Shown one piece after another: positions 26,481 through 33,835 of a stretch of 43,789 nt of DNA. The notes beneath the pieces are model-generated. The model worked only from the letters and a program-made list of their open reading frames with translations, was not told the DNA's origin and did not search any database. Origin of the DNA: a virus (Duplodnaviria; Caudoviricetes). The stretch covers positions 1 through 43,789 of the IMG/VR virus record IMGVR_UViG_3300023107_000067; one strand, given 5' to 3'. Each line of letters opens with the position of its first letter. Position 1 is the first letter of the stretch. The position numbers were made by a program, and so were the translations under genes.

Positions 26481-26647
26481 CTCCCCACTCCCCGCTCAAT
26501 ATGATTGCCACGACGTTGGCTGCCGTCAGTACGGACCAGTCGGTGATCTGCTCCTGAACTCATGAGCACCATGTCTTTTTGGTGACGTGTGATCTGGAAG
26601 CCTTCGGCCTGTAGGGTTTGTACGGTGCTGCGTTGGAGTGGGGTCAT
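26477..26647 (-). CDS. 56-aa hypothetical protein (not in ORF track)
   Basis: MTPLQRSTVQTLQAEGF...RLVRTDGSQRRG; ATGA overlaps at both ends. Confidence 0.6.
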   Translation of the reverse strand: MTPLQRSTVQTLQAEGFQITRHQKDMVLMSSGADHRLVRTDGSQRRGNHIERGVGR

Positions 26648-26796
26648 TGACATTGCTCCAGCGCGCTATCCAGGGTCGATTTCTCGGCGACGAGCTTCAC
26701 GCAGGCCAACGTGATGGTGTTGGTTGCCGAAACGATGAAGTACACGGTCAGCAGGATCGAAGCCGATATGAGGAAAACTATGAGTGCCTGTTTCAT
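26644..26796 (-). CDS. 50-aa single-TM protein (not in ORF track)
   Basis: MKQALIVFLISASILLTVYFIV...; GGAGG RBS, TGATG overlap. Confidence 0.6.
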   Translation of the reverse strand: MKQALIVFLISASILLTVYFIVSATNTITLACVKLVAEKSTLDSALEQCQ

Positions 26797-27608
26797 CAGA
26801 AACCCTCCTTACCGCGTTGCGATTCCCAGTCGAACTTGACGGCAATGCCGCCGCCTTCACGCAGTCGATCCACGCAGCGGTCACCCATCGCCCCGGCCAG
26901 TTGCTCGGCTTCGAGGTTGGAAATGATCACCGTAGGGCGCTGCTGCTCGTACCGGCCGTTGATCACTGCGAACAAGGTGCCAAGCTCGAAATCACTCGGC
27001 TTTTCCTTGGTTACGCCGATCTCATCGAGAATCAGCAGAGAGGGCTGAATCATGCTGTTGAGGATTTGCGCTTCGGTCTGGTCGCTGCTGTGGTCGTACG
27101 TGCTCCGGATTGCCTGGAGCAATGAGCCGACAGTTCGATACACGGCCGTGGCATTGCTGGTGGCCATGATTTCGTTGGCTACAGCCACGGCCAGATGAGT
27201 CTTTCCAGTGCCCGGCTTCCCAAGCAGCAGCAAGCAGCGGCCTGTTTCGTAAATGGCCGGGAATTTGTCTGCGTATTTGCGGCAGACACGCAAAGCTTCC
27301 TTCTGGCCCTCAGTGATTGCCTCGTATGAGTCCAGCGTGCGGCCCACGAAGCGTTTGGGGATCAATGCGGACCCGAGCTTGCGCTCCATGGCTTGACGAG
27401 CGTCGAGCGCCTTCTTGGCCTGCTCAGCGGCCTCCTCGGATTCACGGCGAATGCGGGAACACTCAGGGCAATAGGTCTTGAACTCACGATTGAATATCGT
27501 CGTGATCTTCTGATCGAAAGGCCCGTGGTCCTCGCACATAGCGATTTGGGTGATTGGTGCAGGGTCCTGCCCTGCCGCCGCCGTGGCATTCAGTTGATCA
27601 GAACGCAT
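26796..27608 (-). CDS. DnaC/IstB-like AAA+ helicase loader
   Basis: CEDH..CPEC, Walker A GKPGTGKT, Walker B LLILDE, IIISNL, DRL. Confidence 0.9.
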   Translation of the reverse strand: MRSDQLNATAAAGQDPAPITQIAMCEDHGPFDQKITTIFNREFKTYCPECSRIRRESEEAAEQAKKALDARQAMERKLGSALIPKRFVGRTLDSYEAITEGQKEALRVCRKYADKFPAIYETGRCLLLLGKPGTGKTHLAVAVANEIMATSNATAVYRTVGSLLQAIRSTYDHSSDQTEAQILNSMIQPSLLILDEIGVTKEKPSDFELGTLFAVINGRYEQQRPTVIISNLEAEQLAGAMGDRCVDRLREGGGIAVKFDWESQRGKEGF

Positions 27609-28383
27609 AGCCGTCACCCTCGCGCTTGGTCAGGCCCGCGTTGTAGTCACGATCAGCAAAGCCGGTGTGACGCGATTGCGGGAACTGGTGCACGTTGCTG
27701 GATGGCTTGACCTCATCTTCCCAGCGCTTGCCGTTGAGCCAGGTGGTGGGCATGGGGATGTACTTGCCGCCGTCCTTGAGCCAGTCGGCAGACACGACCT
27801 GTGCGGCGAGACCCTTGGCGATCAGGTTGAACAGGTCGTCATTGACCTTGAGTTTCGTCCACGCCTTCTGAGCTTTGGCCTTGTCCTGCTTGCGCGGGTA
27901 CAGAGCCCAGAACTTTGGGAACAGGTCCTCCCCCTCTGGGGGTAAGGGGGTAGTTCTATTCTTATCTGTATATGTATCTGTATCTATATGGTTGCCATTC
28001 CGTTGCAACGGATCGTCAACGGACGTTGAACGGTCGTTGAGTTCCTGTTGTTTTTTGAGTGCTTTTGCCTTCGCAGAGGCCTTTCCTGCGTTAGAAGCTG
28101 TCACCACCTTGCTGTTGACCGACTCAAGATCAGACTCAACGCGGAACTGAATCCAGTGCGTTTCAGTGGTGTGGAAGAACTCACTCAACGTTTCGGCAAC
28201 GGAAGGCCAACGGTCGTTGGGAATGCGTGCGACCGTAGCGAGACGGTCAATCCGCAATGGCTTGCCGGTCTGCCAGTAGCTGAACAGCAGGAGCATGTAG
28301 GCGCCATGCTCCTCGGCAGTCAGGTGCGTGGTGTCGGCCAAGTAGTCGGCGACGTAGAACTGCATGTACGGAAGAGCAGCCAT
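27598..28383 (-). CDS. Replication initiator (YdaU/DUF1376 family)
   Basis: PYMQFYVADYLADT.HL..EEHGAY..LL..YW; C-terminal FWALYPRK..K..A..AW..P.TWLN..RWED. Confidence 0.9.
   Translation of the reverse strand: MAALPYMQFYVADYLADTTHLTAEEHGAYMLLLFSYWQTGKPLRIDRLATVARIPNDRWPSVAETLSEFFHTTETHWIQFRVESDLESVNSKVVTASNAGKASAKAKALKKQQELNDRSTSVDDPLQRNGNHIDTDTYTDKNRTTPLPPEGEDLFPKFWALYPRKQDKAKAQKAWTKLKVNDDLFNLIAKGLAAQVVSADWLKDGGKYIPMPTTWLNGKRWEDEVKPSSNVHQFPQSRHTGFADRDYNAGLTKREGDGYAF
27951..28041. other. Probable replication origin inside the initiator gene
   Basis: AT-rich TATCTGTA-type repeats (27951-27990) next to iterated CGTTG/CAACG units (28001-28040). Confidence 0.65.
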
Positions 28384-29189
28384 CACTTGGCCCCCTTGCC
28401 AACAATGGCGGCCAATTCGATGAAGCGATCCACGTACCAATGGGGCTGTGTCTCGCGCGGGGATTGCGGGCTGGTGAGGTTCTTGCCATAGCGCAGGCCC
28501 TTGTCAGTAATGGACCAAAAAGGGACCATTTCCTGTTTCGAGTTCTTTCGCTGCATGACCTTGAGGAGGCCAGCAGCTTCCAGCGCACGATTGAATGCGG
28601 GTGGTGAGATGCGGATGTCGTTGTCTTTCAGCAATGCCGTAGCCGACTTGGTGGGCATGCTGGAACCATTGAGGGACTCTGGGTCTGCATCAATGGCGTA
28701 ACCGGGGATGAACTTCGGGTCCAGGCCGTTATTGATAGCGATCTGGTTGAGCATCATCACTTGGCTGGACGGTGCTGGTTTCAGCAGGCGCGTGTAGCAC
28801 TCCATGATTGCGAGCTCGCCTACAACCTTTGTACCGTTGGCAATAACTGCCTGACGGGCTTCGGTCTGGCCTTCCAGCTCACGCCAGCGGCGGATAACCT
28901 TCATCCGCATCTGAGCGCTGTAACCAGTTAGCAGGCAGTCGGTGTGTTCGCGATCAAGCAAATACTGGAGCTGCTCACGGTTGCGGCCGTCCAGATAGAT
29001 GTCCTCAAAACTGAGTACATCTACTTTCAGGTCTTTGAGCATGGCGACGATGTCGCGCTTCACGTTGTCGTGACGCTTGCCCGTGACATTGGCGATTTCG
29101 CGAGATGACATTGTGCGCGCCACGAAATCGTTATTCGCAAATCGTGGCGCGGATTGAACATTGGTATTGACGCTGGTTGCAGCTTGCAT
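28383..29189 (-). CDS. Rha-family regulator with C-terminal ANT/KilAC-like domain
   Basis: MSSREIA..TGKRHDNVKRDI..L.TGYS...R..VI.RW.ELE; SAT.LL..FN..L...G..W.IT.KG. Confidence 0.85.
   Translation of the reverse strand: MQAATSVNTNVQSAPRFANNDFVARTMSSREIANVTGKRHDNVKRDIVAMLKDLKVDVLSFEDIYLDGRNREQLQYLLDREHTDCLLTGYSAQMRMKVIRRWRELEGQTEARQAVIANGTKVVGELAIMECYTRLLKPAPSSQVMMLNQIAINNGLDPKFIPGYAIDADPESLNGSSMPTKSATALLKDNDIRISPPAFNRALEAAGLLKVMQRKNSKQEMVPFWSITDKGLRYGKNLTSPQSPRETQPHWYVDRFIELAAIVGKGAK
29116..29151. repeat. Spaced palindrome, copy 2 (inside the Rha gene 5' end)
   Basis: CGCGCCACGA-N16-TCGTGGCGCG. Confidence 0.9.
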
Positions 29190-29213
29190 ATACTTAGCCT
29201 CATTGAGATGTAC

Positions 29214-29243
29214 AAAAGGCCGGGTCACTACCCCGGCTTTTTT
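29214..29243. terminator. tR-like terminator, possibly bidirectional
   Basis: AAAAGGCCGGG-TCACTAC-CCCGGCTTTTTT. Confidence 0.6.
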
Positions 29244-29261
29244 ATTGCCTAAAATTCGGAT

Positions 29262-29483
29262 TCAGCCACTATCGAGTCCCTTTTTAGGGGAACCCCCTCG
29301 CACCATTTCTAGTACCGGGGCTTTGCGTTCCATGCGCTTTACACTGCTGACGGTGGCGAGGGATTTCGCCACCTTCAGATATTCCTGTGCCGCCTTTTCA
29401 AGGTCCCATCCGAGATCTACAGCAAGCTGTCTAACCTCTTCTTGAGCCCCTACATCCAGGCAGTCGAAGTAGTTTTCGAGCAC
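29262..29483 (-). CDS. Hypothetical protein
   Basis: GTG start after GGAGG; VLENYFDCLD...; internal start chosen within the track ORF. Confidence 0.55.
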   Translation of the reverse strand: MLENYFDCLDVGAQEEVRQLAVDLGWDLEKAAQEYLKVAKSLATVSSVKRMERKAPVLEMVRGGSPKKGLDSG

Positions 29484-29502
29484 TTGACCCTCCAAAGGGC
29501 CG

Positions 29503-29730
29503 TCAGGCCGTCTTATGCTGTTCCTGTTCCTGCGATTGCTCTTCGAAGCCATTCATTTGGCGAATTACGTCGGCAGCGCCAAGTTCACGGCCAAGCATCG
29601 AAAGCTTTCTGATGTACGTAGCGAGTTGCATACCGGCCAACGAAGCCTCACGGCGTAACTGGCACATCTCATCCGGTCGATAGCGAACCTTGCTTACCTC
29701 GCTACGTTTGTGCGTGTTGACTTCGTACAT
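29503..29730 (-). CDS. CII-position regulator, RHH-like
   Basis: After cro; KVRY..E...L..EA...G...ATYIR; AAGGAG RBS. Confidence 0.65.
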   Translation of the reverse strand: MYEVNTHKRSEVSKVRYRPDEMCQLRREASLAGMQLATYIRKLSMLGRELGAADVIRQMNGFEEQSQEQEQHKTA

Positions 29731-29759
29731 GTGCTTCTCCTTGCGGCTAATGAATTGGT

Positions 29760-29981
29760 TTAAGCGGCTGATTTTTTCGTGGACTGCTTGCCGGACTTGA
29801 CGAGCTCCCCGTGCATTTGGTCGATGGCAACCCCGGAGATGTAGCTCGGGTTACCGATCTGCCCATTGCGAATGCGGAAAATGGTCGAGATGTCGCACTT
29901 GGCGCGTTCAGCAATGGCCTTGTAGGTCCAACCAGAGCCCAGCAATGCGTCCAATTTGTTCGGAAGTTCGGTAGCGCTCAT
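29760..29981 (-). CDS. cro: Cro-like HTH repressor
   Basis: TYKAIAERAKCDISTIFRIRNG HTH; divergent from cI; AAGGAGG RBS. Confidence 0.85.
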   Translation of the reverse strand: MSATELPNKLDALLGSGWTYKAIAERAKCDISTIFRIRNGQIGNPSYISGVAIDQMHGELVKSGKQSTKKSAA

Positions 29982-29997
29982 GGCTGCCTCCTTTGTA

Positions 29998-30090
29998 GAT
30001 ATGCACATATTCATGCACTGGTGCATATCTGTCAACGCCCCTCTCTATTGATGTATGCACCGGCTAAGGCGACGATTGCACTCATGCATA
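29998..30090. promoter_or_regulatory. oR region with pR, pRM and operators
   Basis: pR on minus strand TTGACA-17-GAATAT (30035-30007); pRM TTGATG-17-GACGAT (30048-30076); operators ATGCACTGGTGCAT (30013-30026), TTGCACTCATGCAT (30076-30089), plus ATGCAC half-sites. Confidence 0.8.
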
Positions 30091-30926
30091 AAACTATCGA
30101 TAAAATTCTGGCGGATTTGATGGCTAGGGCTGGCCTAAACCAGGTTCAGCTGTCCACGCGCGCCAATGTTGGCCAGTCCACCATTTCCCGGATTCTTAAG
30201 CCGAACGGGCCTAAGGGGATCAAGGAGCCGACAGACAAGCAGGTCCGCCCTCTCGCGGAATACTTTGGCGTTACCACAGATCAGCTGCGCGGCTTTTCCC
30301 CTCTAATTATTGAAGGTGCGCCGGAGAACTCTGGAAAGCTTGAAATACCGGCTTCAACAGCGGACAAGCTCCGAGAAATGCTGACAGGCAAGACGCTGGG
30401 CAGTGACAAGCTCGCCAAGCTGCTTGCTGTCGCTGAAGGCGACGATGTCGAGTTGGCCGGAGGCGTTCTTGTGCATGACGCATACCGCCCTGGGAAGGTA
30501 GGTGATGAGGTATGGATCGCTCACTACGACATTCGCGGCGCGTTAGGTGGTGGTGAGGTCGCTCATGACTACCCTGAAATGCTTCAGGACGTGCGCGTCA
30601 GCCCTTCGCAGCTTAGGGCCATGGGGGTTGAGTTCGTCGAGCATTTCCATCTGAAAATGATTACGGGCTGGGGTCAGTCGATGACTCCCACCATTAAGCA
30701 TGGCGATCCTTTGCTGGTAGACATCAGCATCAAGGAGTTCGTAGGCGACGGTATCTACTTCTTCTCCTATCAAGGCTTCCAGTACATCAAGCGCCTACAG
30801 ATGAAGGGGAAGGACAAATTCAAGATGATCTCGGACAACCGCAAGCACAAAGCCGAGGACATCTTTATCGATGAAACCTATATCCAGGCGCGCGTGCTCC
30901 TCGTCTGGAATGCCAATCTGGTGTAA
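30084..30926 (+). CDS. cI: CI-like repressor (HTH + S24 peptidase)
   Basis: NQVQLSTRANVGQSTISRIL HTH; GQSM.PTI.HGD.LLVD and YIKRL catalytic motifs. Confidence 0.92.
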   Translation: MHKTIDKILADLMARAGLNQVQLSTRANVGQSTISRILKPNGPKGIKEPTDKQVRPLAEYFGVTTDQLRGFSPLIIEGAPENSGKLEIPASTADKLREMLTGKTLGSDKLAKLLAVAEGDDVELAGGVLVHDAYRPGKVGDEVWIAHYDIRGALGGGEVAHDYPEMLQDVRVSPSQLRAMGVEFVEHFHLKMITGWGQSMTPTIKHGDPLLVDISIKEFVGDGIYFFSYQGFQYIKRLQMKGKDKFKMISDNRKHKAEDIFIDETYIQARVLLVWNANLV

Positions 30927-30930
30927 CGCC

Positions 30931-31161
30931 ATGGCCCTGAATAAACCAAATCAGCAGCTCCGGCGCGGACTATTGGACGCCGCCTCTGCCCTGGATGATG
31001 CGGCTCACGACCTGTTTCGTGAGTCTCAGGCCCGCGGCGATGCTGCGCTGTTGGCTGCGGCCGGGAAGATCGTCGTGCTCCATAAGCACATTGATGCGCT
31101 CAGGGCTTATGCGGACGAGGTTCGGGAAGGTCGTATAGTGAGAGCAAGCTCGGTGAAATAA
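30931..31161 (+). CDS. Small helical protein co-transcribed with cI
   Basis: MALNKPNQQLRR..., starts 4 nt after the cI stop. Confidence 0.7.
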   Translation: MALNKPNQQLRRGLLDAASALDDAAHDLFRESQARGDAALLAAAGKIVVLHKHIDALRAYADEVREGRIVRASSVK

Positions 31162-31189
31162 GCCCGGCCAAGCGCCGGGCCTTTTGTTT
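31160..31189. terminator. Terminator between convergent genes
   Basis: AAGCCCGGC-CAAGC-GCCGGGC-CTTTTGTTT. Confidence 0.75.
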
Positions 31190-31193
31190 GCCT

Positions 31194-31514
31194 TCAGAAA
31201 GGAGCAGCCTCTTCCGTCGGCTCTTCGGCAGCCTCGACCGGCATATCTTCAAGCGCTACAGCCGCCCACCTCACAGTCACCGCTCCATCGTCGTCGAAGG
31301 TCACGTCCAGCTCATCAGTAGCGGACAGCACACCCATTACCTCATCCCACTCCCTATCCCCGTCGGTATCCAGCCGATGAATCTTCACCCAGCGCCGCTC
31401 TTGCGCAAACGGGTGATTGATCATTCCTGACACTCGCAGCCCCAGCCGCTCCACTCCGGACATCTCAACTCGTACTGCTGGTTTCGCCTTCGCCTTCGCC
31501 TGCGCCATGCTCAT
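31194..31514 (-). CDS. DUF1654-family protein
   Basis: ERLGLRVSGMINHP.AQ..RWV.I.RLDTD...W..V......DDGAV.V.W; AGGAGG RBS. Confidence 0.8.
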   Translation of the reverse strand: MSMAQAKAKAKPAVRVEMSGVERLGLRVSGMINHPFAQERRWVKIHRLDTDGDREWDEVMGVLSATDELDVTFDDDGAVTVRWAAVALEDMPVEAAEEPTEEAAPF

Positions 31515-31528
31515 ACACTCCTCCTTTG

Positions 31529-31544
31529 CTGTATATCCATCCAG
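31529..31544. promoter_or_regulatory. LexA (SOS) box upstream of DUF1654
   Basis: CTGTATATCCATCCAG (CTG-N10-CAG, AT-rich core), just upstream of the RBS. Confidence 0.8.
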
Positions 31545-31605
31545 TTGTTGCGGAGGATAACTGAGGCTGTAGGAAAAGGTAAGCCGCTCCGCAGGAAAGA
31601 AACCG

Positions 31606-31669
31606 ATATGCACAATCGTGAAAATATATGCACTGATGCATTGACAGCATAATTGCACTGGTGCATATT
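31606..31669 (+). promoter_or_regulatory. oL/pL
   Basis: TTGACA-17-CATATT (31641-31669) with operators ATGCACTGATGCAT (31628-31641) and TTGCACTGGTGCAT (31653-31666), matching oR. Confidence 0.85.
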
Positions 31670-31740
31670 TCATCCATCGCAGCGAAACACCGAAGCCGCG
31701 ATAGGGCCTCAAAGGTCCTCGGGCAACCGGAACGCTCCAC

Positions 31741-31751
31741 CGCTCTTTAAA
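31741..31751 (+). promoter_or_regulatory. boxA antitermination element
   Basis: CGCTCTTTAAA about 65 nt after the pL start; consensus is CGCTCTTTAAC. Confidence 0.7.
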
Positions 31752-31782
31752 CCTGATGCGCAACACAGAAATACCAACAGAC

Positions 31783-32202
31783 CGCATTGCCTCTACCGGC
31801 GACCGGCGATCAGACGGGTCAGATAGCCCGCCCACGAAAGGGAACACCCTTTACGGCTGATCGATGGCGACAAGCCAGAACCGCGCGAACGACCCGGCAA
31901 GCAATGCGCCCCGCCATCCCAGCGGCAGAAGGGAGAGACACCGAATTGAATTAGCGATCCCCATAGCTTCGGCTGGGAACGCCGGACCTCATGCACCCTG
32001 CCCACCTAACCGGGCAAAAGAGCTGCAGCGTGCATGTTGTAGGGACCCGTGATCCAGGGCGAATAGATGCTGATTGCCGCCCTGGGGAGGAAGCTCACCG
32101 CCAACCAACGACCACGACCGGCCAGCCCTGTAATCAGCAGCGGGCAACGGGCCATCACCGATGACGCAACAAACCCGGTCTGTCGCCAGTAGCGAGACCG
32201 GG
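31783..32202 (+). ncRNA. Structured pL leader RNA (putative)
   Basis: No convincing ORF; consecutive nested inverted repeats. Confidence 0.5.
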
Positions 32203-32263
32203 CCACATATTCACCCAAGCGCCCGCATCGGACGCTTTGTTGAATTCAAGTGGAGGAAGTGAG

Positions 32264-32458
32264 ATGGACGAAATCTTCGAGACGATTAAGGAGCAAAACA
32301 GAAGTTCATGCGACGGGCTGGAGCTGGAGATGGCTTTCATGGTCTCCGGCAACTTCCACGTGCGGGGCATCGGCATTGAGGCTCAGCACCAAGACGCGCC
32401 TGTCTTCATCAGCTCCGCTCAACTCCGGGCGCTGGCTGACGCAATCGACAAGGCCTAA
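32264..32458 (+). CDS. Hypothetical early protein
   Basis: GGAGG RBS; MDEIFETIKEQ...QLRALADAIDKA. Confidence 0.7.
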   Translation: MDEIFETIKEQNRSSCDGLELEMAFMVSGNFHVRGIGIEAQHQDAPVFISSAQLRALADAIDKA

Positions 32459-32520
32459 CACAACCCCCCCTCACCCCTATACCGGGCTCTGAGGTAAATG
32501 ACTGGGATGGGAGATAGAGG

Positions 32521-32814
32521 ATGTGTGATTGCAAAAAGAATGACGAGGCGCGTCTTCGTGAGCACTTCGCTGCAACGCTTCCAGAGGGCGCGACCGGGCT
32601 TGAGGTGTCGCTGGGCGGGTTTGCGATGTGCTTCACCGGCCCCGTCCCGTACAAGAATTACTCCGAAGTAACCGCGACGTACAAGGTTCCGACTAAGGGA
32701 ACTGCCAGTAAGCCAAGCCGAATGATGGAGCGCAAGAAGACGGTAAACCTGCTCGGCAACTACTGCATGTTCTGCGGCGAGAAGTACGACAAGACTGAGC
32801 CTGCAGCCGCCTAA
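32521..32814 (+). CDS. Hypothetical Zn-binding early protein
   Basis: MCDC N-terminus and YCMFCG.KY C-terminus. Confidence 0.75.
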   Translation: MCDCKKNDEARLREHFAATLPEGATGLEVSLGGFAMCFTGPVPYKNYSEVTATYKVPTKGTASKPSRMMERKKTVNLLGNYCMFCGEKYDKTEPAAA

Positions 32815-32844
32815 CCCACCCCATCAACGCAACGGAGCAAGATA

Positions 32845-33183
32845 ATGAGTGAATCGAAATTTACGCCGGGGCCTTGGTTCGTCGAGCAGTCAGAGAAAAC
32901 CCCGATTTATGTTTCGCCAGTCGGCCGCCAAGAAAACATCTCCATCTGCAATGTATTGGTCATGGATGAAGATTATTCGGAATCGGGCGCGTGGATCAAC
33001 GGCGATCAAACCAAAGCCAACGCAAAGCTTATATCCGCCGCCCCCGAGCTTCTTGCAGCTCTTGAGCGCTGCGAACTGCTGCTTCGATCTAAGCGCCATG
33101 CCTGCGAAGACAACAACCTCTGTCATCTGCTGGATTCGCACATATCTCAGGCCCGCGAAGCAATCAACAAAGCCACCGAATAA
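32845..33183 (+). CDS. Hypothetical phage protein
   Basis: KFTPGPW..ANAKLISAAPELLAAL..AR.AI.KA, a common phage motif set. Confidence 0.8.
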   Translation: MSESKFTPGPWFVEQSEKTPIYVSPVGRQENISICNVLVMDEDYSESGAWINGDQTKANAKLISAAPELLAALERCELLLRSKRHACEDNNLCHLLDSHISQAREAINKATE

Positions 33184-33203
33184 CCGCCCTATGGGCAAGA
33201 GTA

Positions 33204-33806
33204 CCGATCCTCTCGGAACGAGAGCGTATCGGACTGATGCTTTGCACGGAGCCTGCCGCCAGCCGGGAGCGTAGCCGTGATAACAAGGCGTCAGCCCGAT
33301 GCGGACGAAATCGCGGCCTATAACCGCCCACCTGCATCACCCGGCGAATAGCTCAACCCGCATTGCGCAGGGTCAGCGCCAACCTGGTATTGGCGAGCTA
33401 CCTTGATCTGGCACAAGCGCCGTGACAGCCGGAATAGACGGCACCTAATTCCAGAATTGACGTGAGCGCTTGGCGCGCCACATGAACCGGTGGCCGTGGA
33501 ATACGGGAACTTCTCAATCCTGGCGAGTACGCCAGTTGCTATTGAGATGGGATACGGCAGGAGCATGCGGGCCAATGACAGCCGGGAAAGACCGGCACCC
33601 CATTCCATAGGTGGCCACTGCCTGTCCAGTGAGCGAGCGACAGGAGACATCACCATGGACTAACCCCTACCCCGGCAGCCACCTAAATGTGAGTGAGCCC
33701 TGTATCTGCGGACCCGGTTAACGCCGGGTTTTTATTGCCCCGAATTTAATCGCATGGAAACACCCGGCTCCTTTGCGGAATACAGCCGAGATGTTTCCAG
33801 CCGATT
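33204..33806 (+). ncRNA. Structured intergenic RNA array (putative)
   Basis: 650-nt gap without a credible ORF; many stems and a duplicated 23-24 nt motif. Confidence 0.5.
33712..33736 (+). terminator. tL-like terminator
   Basis: ACCCGG-TTAACG-CCGGGT-TTTTATT. Confidence 0.75.
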
Positions 33807-33835
33807 GCATTTGACCCACCGCCCAGGAGGCGAGA

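Noticed and set aside
29811-30083. 371-aa version of CI
   Set aside because: The extension overlaps cro and the oR operators; the HTH starts after ATG 30084
31515-31847. 217-aa version of DUF1654
   Set aside because: The extension crosses pL, the operators and the SOS box; a strong RBS supports the start at 31514
33232-33312. Hammerhead ribozyme (CTGATG...GAAA)
   Set aside because: The core reads CTGATGC rather than CTGANGA, is buried in a long stem, and stems I-III cannot be built
33423-33599. CRISPR-like array
   Set aside because: Only two imperfect repeats 130 nt apart, and no cas genes
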